The notes beneath the pieces are model-generated. The model was not told where the DNA came from and made no database searches. It saw nothing but the letters and a program-made list of their open reading frames with translations. Positions 1 through 14,897 of a DNA stretch of 64,000 nucleotides are shown piece by piece (position 1 is the stretch's first letter; every line of letters starts with the position of its first letter). Source of the stretch: an uncultured Gammaproteobacteria bacterium (lineage in GTDB: Bacteria; Pseudomonadota; Gammaproteobacteria; Steroidobacterales; Steroidobacteraceae); assembly GCA_963733565.1 (NCBI GenBank), contig CAVTDU010000038.1:81466-145465 (forward strand), written 5' to 3'. Made by a program: the position numbers and the translations under genes.

Positions 1-1265
1 ACATCGCCACTCCCAAGGAGAACAACTACCGCTCGCTGCACACGGCGGTCATCGGTCCCGGTCGCCTGCCGCTCGAGGTCCAGATCCGCACCCGCGAGAT
101 GCACGATCACGCGGAACTCGGGGTGGCGGCGCACTGGCAGTACAAGGAAGGCCGCAAGGCGGAGACGAGCTTCCAGCAGAAGATCAACTGGCTCCGGCAG
201 CTGCTCGAGCCGGTCACACGCGCCGGCGGCGAGCGGGACCTGCTCGACGGGCTGCAGGCCGAGATCTTCGAGGACCGGGTCTATGCGCTGAGCCCGAAAG
301 GCGAGGTCGTGGACCTGCCGCGCGGCGCCACGCCGCTCGATTTCGCCTACCACGTGCACACGAGCCTCGGTCACCGCTGTCGCGGCGCCAAGGTGAACGG
401 CCGCATGGTGTCCCTGAACCATGTGCTCGCCAACGGCGACACGGTCGAGATCATCCCCGGCAAGCAGCCTAACCCCAGCCGCGACTGGCTGGTGCCCTCG
501 CTCGGCTTCCTCGTCTCGCAGCGCAACCGGGCCAAGGTGCGCACGTGGTTCCGCAAGCTCGACGAAGGCGAGAACCGCGAGCATGGCCGACAGATGTACG
601 ACCGGGAACTCGAGCGCCTCGGCGTGCGTACGCTGCCGCTGCCCGAGGTGCTCGACGAATTGAAGCTCGCGGATGCCGACGCACTGTACGTCGGCCTGGG
701 CGAAGGCGAGATCTCGCTGGCGCAGGTCGCGGGCGCCATCCAGCGGCGGCTGCAGGAGCGCGCCCCGCCGAAGGCACCGCGCACGACCGCGGCCGCCGAC
801 AAGCCCGGCAAGGCAACAGGCCTCATGGTCGACGGCGTCGGCGACCTGATGAGCACGATCGCCCGTTGCTGCCGGCCCGTGCCGCCCGAGGCGATCGCGG
901 GCTACATCACGCTCGGTCGCGGCGTCAGTATCCATCGTGCGGATTGCGCCAACCTGCTGCGGCTGCGGGACGCGCAGCCGCTGCGCGTGCTGGCCGTGGA
1001 CTGGGGCGACTCTTCGCCGGAGCGCACGTTTCCGGCCTCGATCCGGATCGAGGCGTTCGACCGGCGCGGCCTGGTGCGCGACATTTCTGCCGTGCTCGCG
1101 GACGAGCGGATCAGCATCGAGGCGATGAATACGGTGACGAATTCGGCCGAGAACACGGCCACGGTGGAGTTGACCGTGACCGTCCACGGGCTCGCCGAGC
1201 TGAGCCGGCTGCTCGGCCGCTTCGCCGGCGTCGCGAACGTGATCAGCGCGACTCGCCGTCGCTGA
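1..1265 (+). CDS. relA: RelA/SpoT-family (p)ppGpp synthetase, C-terminal part (5' end outside window)
   Basis: Frame 3 is open from the window edge: IATPKENNYRSLHTAVIGP...QIRTREMHDHAELGVAAHWQYKEG, followed by TGS-like and ACT-like C-terminal regions. Stop at 1263-1265. Confidence 0.9.
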   Translation, partial: IATPKENNYRSLHTAVIGPGRLPLEVQIRTREMHDHAELGVAAHWQYKEGRKAETSFQQKINWLRQLLEPVTRAGGERDLLDGLQAEIFEDRVYALSPKGEVVDLPRGATPLDFAYHVHTSLGHRCRGAKVNGRMVSLNHVLANGDTVEIIPGKQPNPSRDWLVPSLGFLVSQRNRAKVRTWFRKLDEGENREHGRQMYDRELERLGVRTLPLPEVLDELKLADADALYVGLGEGEISLAQVAGAIQRRLQERAPPKAPRTTAAADKPGKATGLMVDGVGDLMSTIARCCRPVPPEAIAGYITLGRGVSIHRADCANLLRLRDAQPLRVLAVDWGDSSPERTFPASIRIEAFDRRGLVRDISAVLADERISIEAMNTVTNSAENTATVELTVTVHGLAELSRLLGRFAGVANVISATRRR

Positions 1266-1302
1266 GCGCGGCGCGGCGAATCCGCTCGCCGCTCGCCGCA
1301 GC

Positions 1303-2735
<1,433 letters not shown>

Positions 2736-2764
2736 GGGAGCTCCGGCGGGAGGGAAGGAAAAAC

Positions 2765-2949
2765 AAGGGGGTAATGATCAGGGGGTAGGGGGTAGTGAAG
2801 AGGCTGCGGACAGTGAGTAGCGGATAGCGGATAGTGGATAGTAAGAATCAGCATCGGCCGGCACGCCGGCCTCTTCACTACCCCCTACCCCCTGATCACT
2901 ACCCCCTATTCTTCCTCTGACTATCCCTTATCCGCTACTCACCATTCAC
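2765..2949. repeat. composite palindromic heptad-repeat element E1 (REP-like), sucB-lpdA spacer
   Basis: Perfect 30-bp inverted repeat 2775-2804 / 2869-2898 (TGATCAGGGGGTAGGGGGTAGTGAAGAGGC). Second inverted pair 2811-2847 / 2909-2949 made of AGCGGAT heptads. GC apex palindrome GGCCGGCACGCCGGCC at 2856-2871. Confidence 0.9.
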
Positions 2950-2953
2950 TTCC

Positions 2954-4184
2954 TCAGACCTGCAGCAACAGCCGCGCCGGATCCTCCAGCGCGTCCTTCA
3001 CTGCGACGAGGAACTGCACGGCGTCGCGGCCGTCGACGATGCGGTGATCGTAGGTCAGCGCCAGGTACATCATCGGCCGCACGACGACCTGCCCGTCGAC
3101 CACGACCGGGCGTTCCTGGATCTTGTGCATGCCGAGGATCGCGCTCTGCGGGGCATTCAGGATCGGCGTCGACAGCAGCGAGCCGAACACGCCGCCGTTG
3201 GTGATCGTGAAGGTACCGCCGGTCAGTTCCTCGATCGTCAGCGAGCCCTCGCGCGCGCGGTTGGCGTAGCCCACCACGGCCTGCTCGATCTCACCGAAGC
3301 CGAGGGCATCGGCATTGCGCAGCACCGGCACGATGAGCCCGCGATCGGTAGAGACGGCCACGCCGATGTCGTAGTACTCGTGGTACACGATGTCGGTTCC
3401 ATCCACCGAGGCATTCACCAGCGGAAAGCGGCGCAGCGCCTCGATGCTGGCCTTGACGAAGAACGACATGAAACCGAGCCGCGCGCCGTGGGCCTTCTCG
3501 AAGCGCTCCTTGTAGCGCGCGCGCAGTTCGTTGACCGCCTTCAGGTCCACTTCATTGAACGTCGTCAGCATGGCGGCGGTCGCCTGGGCCTGCACGAGTC
3601 GCTCCGCAATGCGCGCCCGCAGGCGCGTCATCGGGACCCTGCGCTCGCCACGGGCGCCGGCCGGAGCACTCGCCGGCGCAGCAGGTGGCGCCGGAGTCGC
3701 GGCGGCAGCCGCGGGACCAGCCGCCCTTGCTGCCAAGGTGGGAAAGCACGTCACCCTTGGTGATGCGTCCGTCGCGGCCGCTGCCGGGAATCGCACCGGG
3801 CTCGAGCTTGTGCTCCTCGACGAGGCGACGCACGGAGGGCGCGAGCTTTTCGGCACTGCCGCCCGTCTTCGCATCGGCCGCTGGAGCAGGCTGCGTGGGC
3901 GCAGCAGGCGCCGTTGCCGCGGCTGGTGTCGAAGCTCCTGCGGCCGCGCCTTCATCGAGCAACGCGAGCACCTGGCCACTCGTGACGACGGCGCCGTTCT
4001 GCACCTTGAGTTCCCTGATGACGCCCGCCGCCGGCGCAGGCACTTCGAGCACGACCTTGTCGGTCTCGAGGTCGACGAGGTTCTCGTCGCGGCTCACCGC
4101 GTCGCCGGGCTTCTTGTGCCAGGCCACGAGCGTCGCATCCGCGACCGACTCGGGGAGTTGCGGGACGCGTACTTCGATGGTCAT
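2954..4184 (-). CDS. sucB: dihydrolipoyllysine-residue succinyltransferase (2-oxoglutarate dehydrogenase E2), one apparent frameshift
   Basis: N-terminal lipoyl domain [19 protein letters not shown]...[12 protein letters not shown]3-binding [13 protein letters not shown]-terminal catalytic domain with DHRIVDG. Frame switch near 3715-3730. Confidence 0.88.
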
Positions 4185-4263
4185 GTGTTCTTCCTGCTGG
4201 AGGCGCGCGCAATCGCTTCGGCGGCGGCGCGACTGGGGAGCTGCGGGACGCGTACTTCGATGG

Positions 4264-7162
<2,899 letters not shown>

Positions 7163-7289
7163 CGCACCAGGAGGTTCGGGTTGCAGGGGCATGCGGATTC
7201 GCCGCGGGACGGCCGGTGTCAGGGCCGCGTAGTGTAGCGAAAACCCCTGGGAGCTTGCAGATGGCGCCAGGCGACTCCGGGCGCCACGC

Positions 7290-8623
7290 TCACTCCCGGG
7301 TCGTGTACGGCTCCAGCGCTCCGAAGCCGCGCTGGTCGATGCGGTCGACCCTCGCGTCGAGCGGCGGATGAGTCTTGTACAGCTGCGCCAGGCTGGCGGA
7401 CTCGCTGCCGAGCGCGGTGAGCTTCTGCAGCAGCGAATACAGCGCCAGCGGGTTCATGCCGGCGCGAGCCAGGTAGACCTCGGCACCCTCGTCGGCCCGG
7501 TATTCCGCCTCGCGATCCAGCGAGGTCAGCATGATGGCGGCTCCATGCTCCTCGGCGTAACGCCTGGCGTAGCGGCCGGCGGCCGTATCGTTGCCGGTCG
7601 TGACCTGGCTCAGCGCACGCTCCTTGGCGGTGTCCGCCATTTCCTGCTTGTGGATCACGTTGTAATGGTCGCGCTGCACGCAGTGACTGATTTCATGGCC
7701 GAGGGCCGCGGCGAGTTCGCTGTCCGTCGACAGCAACTCGTAGAGGCCCCGCGTGATCAGGATGTAGCCGCCTGGCGCGGCAAACGCATTCACTTCCGGC
7801 GTGTCGATTACGCCAAACGTCCACGGCAGGTCCGGGCGACTGGTCTGCGAGGCGACCCAGCGGCCGACGAGGTTGACGCGCCGCTGCGCGGCGGGATCGT
7901 TCCACAACGGCCGGGCGCCCAGGATGCGGCCGGTGATCTCCGGGCCGAGCGCGAGTTCCTCGCCTGCAAGCTCGTCCTCGGATTTCGGGACGACCTTGGC
8001 GGCATCGTCCAGCTTCGAGCCGACGTTCACACCCAGCGACCCGAGCAGGCTGCTCACGGCCTTGGTGGCCTTGGCTTTCGAAGCGCCGGCATCTGCCGCC
8101 GACTTGCCGCGTACTCTTGCCACGCTTGGCTTCGTCGGCATAGGCGACGCTGGTCGCCTGCCAGCCGTGCTCGGCGGCATAGGCGGCGGCCGTGGGACCA
8201 TCGACTCGGTTCGCAACCATGCTGTCGAGTTGCGCCTTGTTGAACGCGGCCGCCTTCAGGTCGCTTTCGTCGATGCCGCGCACGCCGGCGGTTTCGGTGA
8301 CCCTGCCCTTCCCGGCCTTGCCGCCCATCAGCACGCGCATGTTGGCTGCGCCATCCTCGACGCCGGCATAGGCGAGGCGCACGTCGTTGACGCGCAGGTA
8401 GCCCGGCTTGCCGGGCGAGACCTGCAACTCGTACCACAGGCCCTGCTGGGCCGAGATCATCACGGCGGTGTCGCGCTGCAAGGTCGCGAGCTTCGCCGCG
8501 TCGAACGCGGGCCGCGCATACACGTCCGCGGTGGGCTTGTGAACGATGGCGGGCAACTCGGCGGCAGGCACGCTCGTCGCAGCCAGCCATCGTCGCGATC
8601 AGGGCTACTGGGAAAGCTCGCAT
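7290..8623 (-). CDS. M48-family metallopeptidase lipoprotein with N-terminal SH3-like domain, two apparent frameshifts
   Basis: Lipobox MRAFPVALIATMAGC at 8623; SH3-like segment (GLWYELQVSPGKPGYLRVNDV); HEISHCVQRDH zinc motif in the C-terminal piece. Frame switches near 8572-8585 and 8095-8110. Confidence 0.75.
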
Positions 8624-10471
8624 CACGATTCTCCCGACTGAACGTCCGCTGTGAGGTGACAACTGCCCGTGCCGCGCCAGCGGCACTTCGGCCGACGATG
8701 CCAGCACCCGGCCGACCAGTTCGTGCAGCCGGAGGCGCGCGGCCTGGGCGGACCCGGCGGCCACATCATCATCTATCTCGGCGCAGGCAAACGCCAGTCG
8801 CACGCTGCCATCGTCGGGCAGTCGCGCGTCGTACCTGGCAAGTTCCCGCTCGAGCCTGGCGAGATCATGCATGGCTGCAGCACGCGCTGCCGCCTGGCTT
8901 TCGCCGTGCCACACGAGGACCATCAGGTCGCTCAACGCATCGTGCAGCCAGCTCTTGCGCTCGACCACGCCCTCCAGCATCACGGCGTCGCTGCCCGCAT
9001 ACAGGAAGCGACGCAATCGTCGGCGGTATTCGCGTTGCCGTCGCGCCGCCGGCGCTGCGCCGTGCTCCGCATCGAGCACGAACCGCAGGCGCGCGATGGC
9101 CAGCCAGCGATCCTGCGCGCGGAGCGTACTCCGGCAGGAAATCGCCATTGCCGACCGCGCGGCCACGCTGCAACCCGGCATAGCCGCGACAGAATCCGAA
9201 GATCAGGCTCACGAAGCCAATGCTGGCGAAGATGTCGAAGAAGAACCCGAAGAAGGTGATGCCGACGAATGCGGCACTGAGCAATGTCAGGTTGCTCGCG
9301 ACGAAGACCGAGTCGATGTCATTGGCCGGCTCGCCGCGGTAGAAACGCAAACGTGGTCAGCAGGACCAGGAAAGTCGCAAGGACGTACTTGAGCCAGGCG
9401 GGTGGCGTGCGAATCGCGCTCCCCGCCACGAGGGCCTCGGTGGCCTCGGCCAGGACTTCGACACCCGGCATCACCGGATCGACCGACGTCGGCTTGGCGT
9501 CGTTGAGGCCCGATGCGGTATAGCCGACCAGCGCCACGCGTCCATTCAGCGCCGGCACCCCCTCCGCCGCATCCCGACAGACCGCCTTGCCAGTCAACAG
9601 ATCGGCGGCGCTGACGTGCGGCAGCCGGGTGTCCTTGCGCCAGTTGGGCCTTACGGTCGCGGGAGTGCCGTCTGGTGCTGCCGACATGGCCGTCGTCGCG
9701 AGCCGCAGCGGCAGCGAGGGCAAGGCCCAGTCGCCGGCAGCCTCGTGCAACGGAATGTCGCGAAGCACGCCGTCTTCATTGCGGGTCACGTTGGCGATGG
9801 CACTGAATCGGGCCATCGACTCGCCGTACGGCATCAGCATCGCAACGCGCGGATCGCGCCGGGGTTCGGCCTCGAGCGGAAACGCTGCCGGGACCATCGA
9901 CGCACGCAACGGCGCGCCCGAATCGAAATCCGGATGCAGTCTCGTGGAAGCGAAGACGAACCGGCCCGCGCCGCCCTTGGCCATCGCTTCCAGGGTCTCG
10001 TCGCCCAGCGGATCGATCGGCGAGGGATCTTCAAACAGCACGTCATAGCCGACCGCGCTCACGCCGGCGCGATCCAGCTGGTCGAGCAGGTCGGCGTGCC
10101 GTTGCCGGCTCCACGGCCAGCCGCCTTCACCGCGCGATCGAAAGTACTCGAGCGAGCACTCATCGATCTCGACCACGACCACGCGGCCGGAAGGCTTCGG
10201 TTCGAACGGCCGCCACTGCACCACGCGATCAAAGATCGCGTTTTCAGCCGAGTTGAGTGAACGGTCGTGGCCCCAGTCCCAGGCGAGCCACGCTATCGCG
10301 CCGAGCGCAAGCAGCGGATAGAAAGCGAACTTCAGCCGGAACGCCAGTTGCCGACAAGGGCCGCCGGTAACTGCGCTCGACCCTGGTCCACTCGCGCATG
10401 AAGCCGTGGCCGAGCGTCGCCAGGCCGGCGTCCAGCCACGAGAGCACACGGTCCGTGAGCCTGCCGAGCAT
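8622..10471 (-). CDS. CHASE2 sensor-domain membrane protein with an unrecognised C-terminal domain, at least three apparent frameshifts; 3' end uncertain
   Basis: Pieces 10244-10543, 9319-10449, 8865-9350 and 8054-9181. Periplasmic CHASE2-like region (VVVVEIDECSLEYF...LVGYTASGLNDAKPT), three TM helices, then about 170 aa with no motif I recognise. Confidence 0.55.
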
Positions 10472-10544
10472 CAAGGTTTCCCCCGGCCCAATAATGGCAG
10501 GATTACCGGGTTGCCGCGAAGAGGCACTGACAGCAGGCGCCAAT

Positions 10545-10620
10545 TGGCGCCCCGGATAGGAGTTGAACCTATGACCTACCGCTTAGGAGGCGGTCGCTCT
10601 ATCCACTGAGCTACCGGGGC
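10545..10620 (-). tRNA. tRNA-Arg (anticodon CCT)
   Basis: Reverse complement folds as a cloverleaf: acceptor GCCCCGG/CCGGGGC, anticodon arm ACCGC-CTCCTAA-GCGGT, T arm ATAGG-TTCAACT-CCTAT, encoded CCA. Confidence 0.9.
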
Positions 10621-10683
10621 GCGCGGGTCGCAGTGTACCGGCGCGAAGGAACCGACGGCCAGCACGCCGCCGCCAGACACGAA

Positions 10684-10712
10684 GACGGCCGGGTCTCGAA
10701 GACCCGGCCGTC
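10684..10712 (-). terminator. perfect 12-bp stem hairpin downstream of tRNA-Ala
   Basis: GACGGCCGGGTC-TCGAA-GACCCGGCCGTC. Only a weak U tract follows on the minus strand. Confidence 0.5.
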
Positions 10713-10718
10713 GTGTCG

Positions 10719-10794
<76 letters not shown>

Positions 10795-10868
10795 ACGAAA
10801 GGGCGCGCATTGTAGCACCGGGTCGCTGCCCCGCAACCTCGAACCTTCCGCGGCTGTATGATCGTCCA

Positions 10869-11351
10869 ATGAACATCGCCGTCCGCCCCGCCACTCCCGC
10901 CGACATCGACACGCTCGTTGCCGGCAATATCGCGATGGCGCTCGAGGCCGAGCACAAGAAACTCGACCCGGCGACCGTGCAGCGCGGCGTCAAGGCCGTG
11001 TTCGACGAACCGGGTCGCGGCCGCTACTTCGTCGCCGAGATCGCCGGCAAGGTGGTTGGCCAGGCCATGTACACGTACGAGTGGAGCGACTGGCGCAACG
11101 GCACCTTCTGGTGGCTGCAGAGCGTCTACGTCGCCCCTGTCGCGCGCCGAACCGGCGTGTTCCGCGAGATCTATGCCTGCATCGAGCGCCTCGCGACCAG
11201 CACTCCCGGCGTGTGCGGTCTGCGACTCTATGTGGAGCTCGACAACGAAAGGGCACAGCAGACCTACGCCCGCTGCGGCATGGTCGATGCCGGCTACCGG
11301 GTGATGGAAGTGGACATGTCCGGCGCCGTGACGAGCGCCAGGGGGGAATGA
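10869..11351 (+). CDS. GNAT-family N-acetyltransferase
   Basis: 160-aa product MNIAVRPATPADIDTL... with an acetyl-CoA-binding-like VAPVARRTGVFREIY segment. Stop overlaps the next start (ATGA). Confidence 0.7.
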   Translation: MNIAVRPATPADIDTLVAGNIAMALEAEHKKLDPATVQRGVKAVFDEPGRGRYFVAEIAGKVVGQAMYTYEWSDWRNGTFWWLQSVYVAPVARRTGVFREIYACIERLATSTPGVCGLRLYVELDNERAQQTYARCGMVDAGYRVMEVDMSGAVTSARGE

Positions 11352-11812
11352 CGATGCTCGCAAACGGCCAGAAAGCGCCCGAATTCGATCTTGCCGACCA
11401 GGATGGCCGCAAGCACACGCTCAAGGCGTTGCTGAAGGACGGGCCGCTCATCCTTTATTTCTATCCGGCGGACTTCACGCCCGGCTGCACGAAGGAAGCC
11501 TGCAGCTTCCGCGACCTCCACCAGGACCTGCTCAAGGCGAAACTGCGGGTGGTGGGCGTGAGCCCGCAGGACGTGGAGTCCCATCGGCGCTTTGCCGACA
11601 AGCACGGGCTCAATTTCCCGCTGCTCGCGGACCCCGACAAGAAGGCGGTGAAGGCCTATGACCTCGACGGGCCGCTGGGGTTTGGAGTTCGCCGGGGAAC
11701 GTACCTGATCGGCACCGACGGAAAGATCCAGGACTCGGTGCTTGCCGACCTGCGCATCGGGTCGCACGAGGCGTTCGTCAGGAAGGCGATCGAAGCGGGG
11801 GCACAAGCCTGA
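11348..11812 (+). CDS. peroxiredoxin (Bcp/AhpC-TSA family)
   Basis: YFYPADFTPGCTKEAC peroxidatic-Cys motif; size and layout typical of Bcp-type peroxiredoxins. Confidence 0.8.
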   Translation: MTMLANGQKAPEFDLADQDGRKHTLKALLKDGPLILYFYPADFTPGCTKEACSFRDLHQDLLKAKLRVVGVSPQDVESHRRFADKHGLNFPLLADPDKKAVKAYDLDGPLGFGVRRGTYLIGTDGKIQDSVLADLRIGSHEAFVRKAIEAGAQA

Positions 11813-11876
11813 TTCAGCGCCTTAAAGCCTTTTGAAACAGCCGTTTGTATCGATTATTTAAACGGCGACTCAGCCT

Positions 11877-12467
11877 TCAGCGGCCCTTGCCGGCACTCGC
11901 CACCGCTGCCCCGTACTGAAGCCGGAAGGTCCGCGTCGGTCCGGGACTCGGCAGGACGACCAGGAAAATCGAATCGTAGTCGTCCTCCGCGATCGCGACG
12001 CTGGATGCACTCAATTCGCCAAGCACGACCGGGATCGTGCTCGCGTAACCAACGACGACGACGACCTTGCCACGGTGCTCGCGCTTGATACGGCTGGCGA
12101 ACCCGGCCCAGTCGCTGCTCGCCAGCAGGTTGACCGGCAGCTTGAACTCGTTGGCGATCGGTGCTGCCGTCTGCTGCGCCCGCCGCGCGTCGGCGGCATA
12201 GAGGTAGTCGACCTTGTCGCCCGCGAGGACCCTGGCAAGGTACTCGCCGAGCCCGCGCACCCTCGCCTCCCCGGCCTTGCTGAGGTCCGGGTCACCTGAC
12301 GGTGCGGATTGCGCCTCCGCGTGGCGGACGAGAATCACGACCGTGGTTCGCGCCCAGGTACCCAGCCACCAGATGCCCCCGCCCGCCGCCAATGCGATCA
12401 GCAGCGGCACCATGATCGGGGCCAGGTGCGGGCGGCGGCGCGTCCGGGTCTGCGGGGCATCTGCCAT
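11877..12467 (-). CDS. histidine phosphatase family protein with N-terminal membrane anchor
   Basis: Start MADAPQ..., a TM helix, then the VILVRHAEA RHG-type catalytic motif. Confidence 0.6.
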   Translation of the reverse strand: MADAPQTRTRRRPHLAPIMVPLLIALAAGGGIWWLGTWARTTVVILVRHAEAQSAPSGDPDLSKAGEARVRGLGEYLARVLAGDKVDYLYAADARRAQQTAAPIANEFKLPVNLLASSDWAGFASRIKREHRGKVVVVVGYASTIPVVLGELSASSVAIAEDDYDSIFLVVLPSPGPTRTFRLQYGAAVASAGKGR

Positions 12468-12483
12468 TCGGGGATGATAGCCG

Positions 12484-13507
12484 TCAGCGCAGCGGGCGGC
12501 GCAAGCGGTCGAATGCGGGCGTGGATCGTTCCGTGAAGCCCGGCCCGTCCGCATTGCGCTCGATGAACAGGGCGGCGAGGCCCAGTCGCCCGGCAAGTGC
12601 CATGCCTTCCTCCCGGCCCGAGCACCATCAGCGCGGTCGCATACGCGTCGGCGAAGGCGGCCGACCGATGGACGACGGTGACCGACGCGAGACCATTGGC
12701 GACCGGCGCGCCGGTATGAGGGTCGATGGTGTGCGAGAACCTGCGACCGTTCAGCTCGCGGAAGTCGCGATAGTCGCCGGACGTCGAGACGGCGAGGTCG
12801 TCGAGTTCAACCAGCGCGTAGGGCTTGCGCTCACCGCTCAGTGGCGCTTCGACGGCGACTCGCCAGGGGCGCCCCGCCGGGCTGCTGCCGCGGGCGCGCA
12901 CTTCGCCACCGAGTTCGACGAGGTAATCGCGCACGCCCAGCGCATCGAACCGTTCCGCGATGAGGTCGACCGCGTAGCCCGGGGCGATGCCATTGACGTC
13001 AAGTTGCAGCCCTGGGACCGTCTTGCGCAGCGAGTGCCCGTCTGCCCCGAGTTCGAGCCTGGCGAAGCCCACCTCGGCCCGGAGCCCGTTGATTGCGGCA
13101 GGGCCGGGAGCGATTTCCGCGGCAGGCGATTCGACGCCAAAGCCCCACGCCTGCACGAGCGGACCGACCGTGATGTCGAACGCGCCGCCGGTCGCCACGC
13201 TGACTTCGCCAGCGATCGCGGCGACCGCGCGCAGGCTGGGCGACACCGCTATCGGATCGGTCGTCGCATTGGCATTGAACCTGGAGATCTCGCTGCGCGC
13301 GTCGTAGGTCGAGAGCGTTCGGTTGATCTCGTCCAGTACCCCGTCAATTGCCGACTGGATCGCCTCTCGACGGACAGCGCGCGGATGCGACGCCACGGTG
13401 ACGCTGTAGGTCGTCCCCATCGTGTGGCCATGGAATTGCTCGGGCGACGGCCCGGGGCTGCAGGCGCACAGTGCAAGGAGCGCGAGGAATACGGCACGCC
13501 GTGGCAT
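12484..13507 (-). CDS. apbE: FAD:protein FMN transferase (ApbE family) lipoprotein, one apparent frameshift
   Basis: Lipobox LALLALCAC, TMGTTYSV, SRFN, DVNGIAPGYAVD, and SGDY..F...RFSHTIDPHTG motifs. An extra G in a G-run near 12611-12616 shifts the last roughly 40 codons, which then end at 12484. Confidence 0.85.
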
Positions 13508-13526
13508 GTGCGGCAGTGTGCACGAT

Positions 13527-13586
13527 CCGAAAACAAAAACGCCCCTTGCGGGGCGTTTCAGTTTTCTGGCGGAGAGGGTGGGATTC
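13527..13586 (-). repeat. duplicate of the tRNA-Ser 3' end (about 20 nt) plus its terminator
   Basis: 59/60 identity to 13717-13776, including TGGCGGAGAGGGTGGGATTC and the hairpin AAACGCCCC-TTGC-GGGGCGTTT. Confidence 0.9.
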
Positions 13587-13618
13587 ACTCGGCACATCCC
13601 TGTGCCTCGCCCGTTGGG

Positions 13619-13698
13619 CGCCCTCGCCCGCTCACGCGGCGAGGGCGTGCAGATCGGCATCCCTGCCGATCTGTCGAACCCACGTGCCACGTGGGTTC
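13619..13698. repeat. three consecutive perfect hairpins between the tRNA-Ser direct repeats
   Basis: CGCCCTCGCC/GGCGAGGGCG at 13619-13647; CAGATCGGCA/TGCCGATCTG at 13650-13673; GAACCCACGTG/CACGTGGGTTC at 13676-13698. The last arm matches 12 nt of the tRNA-Ser T arm. Confidence 0.8.
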
Positions 13699-13716
13699 TC
13701 ATGCCCACCCTCGGGC

Positions 13717-13748
13717 CCGAAAACCAAAACGCCCCTTGCGGGGCGTTT
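13717..13748 (-). terminator. rho-independent terminator of tRNA-Ser
   Basis: On the minus strand: AAACGCCCC-GCAA-GGGGCGTTT followed by TGGTTTTCGG. Confidence 0.8.
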
Positions 13749-13754
13749 CAGTTT

Positions 13755-13848
<94 letters not shown>

Positions 13849-13902
13849 GCTGGGGGCGCAGAGACTACACGTTAGGCCCGGTACCGAAAAGCCCCACGCC
13901 GG

Positions 13903-14785
13903 TCAACCGGCCAGGACCCCCGCTGCGCGCATGGCGGCCTCGACTTCGCCGCGCTTGCCCGCGGTCAGGGGAACCAGCGGCAGCCGCAGGGCCTCGCCGA
14001 TCAGTCCCATGCGGTGCACGGCCCACTTGACCGGGATCGGGTTCGGCTCGACGAACAGCGCCCTGTGCAGCGCCGCCACCCGCCCGTCGATCGCCGCTGC
14101 TTCGTCGTGATCCCCACGCAACGCTGCGGCACACACTTCATGCATGGCGCGAGCCGCCACGTTGGCCGTCACGGAAATCACGCCCAGCGCGCCCGCCCGC
14201 ATCAGCGCCGCGGCAGTCGCGTCGTCCCCACTCAGGAGGACGAAACCCGGCTCGCGAGAGTCGCAGCACCTCCCGTCCGCGCTCGACGTCGCCGGTCGCC
14301 TCTTTCACCGCGACGATGCGGGGGTGGCGAGACAAGCGGGCGATCGTCTCCGGCAACATGTCGCAGGCCGTCCGGCCCGGCACGTTGTAGAGGACAAGAG
14401 GGATCCCGACCGCGTCGGCAATGGCCGTGAAATGCTGGAACAGCCCTTCCTGTGTCGGCCGGTTGTAGTACGGGGTGACGACGAGCAACGCGTCCGCCCC
14501 GGCCGCCTCGGCCGCCTTCGACAAGACGACGCTCTTTGCCGTACCGGCCGTGCCGCTGCCCGCAATCAAGGGAATCCGGCCCGCAAGCCGCTGCCGGGCA
14601 CGCCGGATCAATTCCTCGAGTTCGGACCGCTCCAGCGCCGGCGACTCGCCGGTCGTACCGCCGACCACGACGGCATCGGAGCCTTCGGCCAGGTGGAAGT
14701 CGAGCAGGCGGTCCCAGGCCTCGAAATCGATGGCGCCGTCGCCACGCATGGGCGTGACCAGTGCCGGGATGCTGCCCTTGAACAT
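13903..14785 (-). CDS. dapA: 4-hydroxy-tetrahydrodipicolinate synthase, one apparent frameshift
   Basis: [13 protein letters not shown]...VGGTTGESP...YNRPTQEGL...YNVPGRT, then C-terminal piece 13903-14202. Frame switch near 14235-14250. Confidence 0.88.
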
Positions 14786-14897
14786 TGATGCCCCTCGACC
14801 TTCGCCCGAGGATGCTACTCACACGCCGCCTCTCGAGGCAAGGTAAAGACCGCGTGTACGTGGCAGGCGCGCCCCGCTACACTCACGGGAGAAAACC

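Noticed and set aside
11813-11876. AT-rich 64-bp island between convergent genes (peroxiredoxin and histidine phosphatase).
   Set aside because: It contains one short hairpin (GCCGTTT...AAACGGC) and is best explained as a shared bidirectional terminator. Nothing else is encoded.
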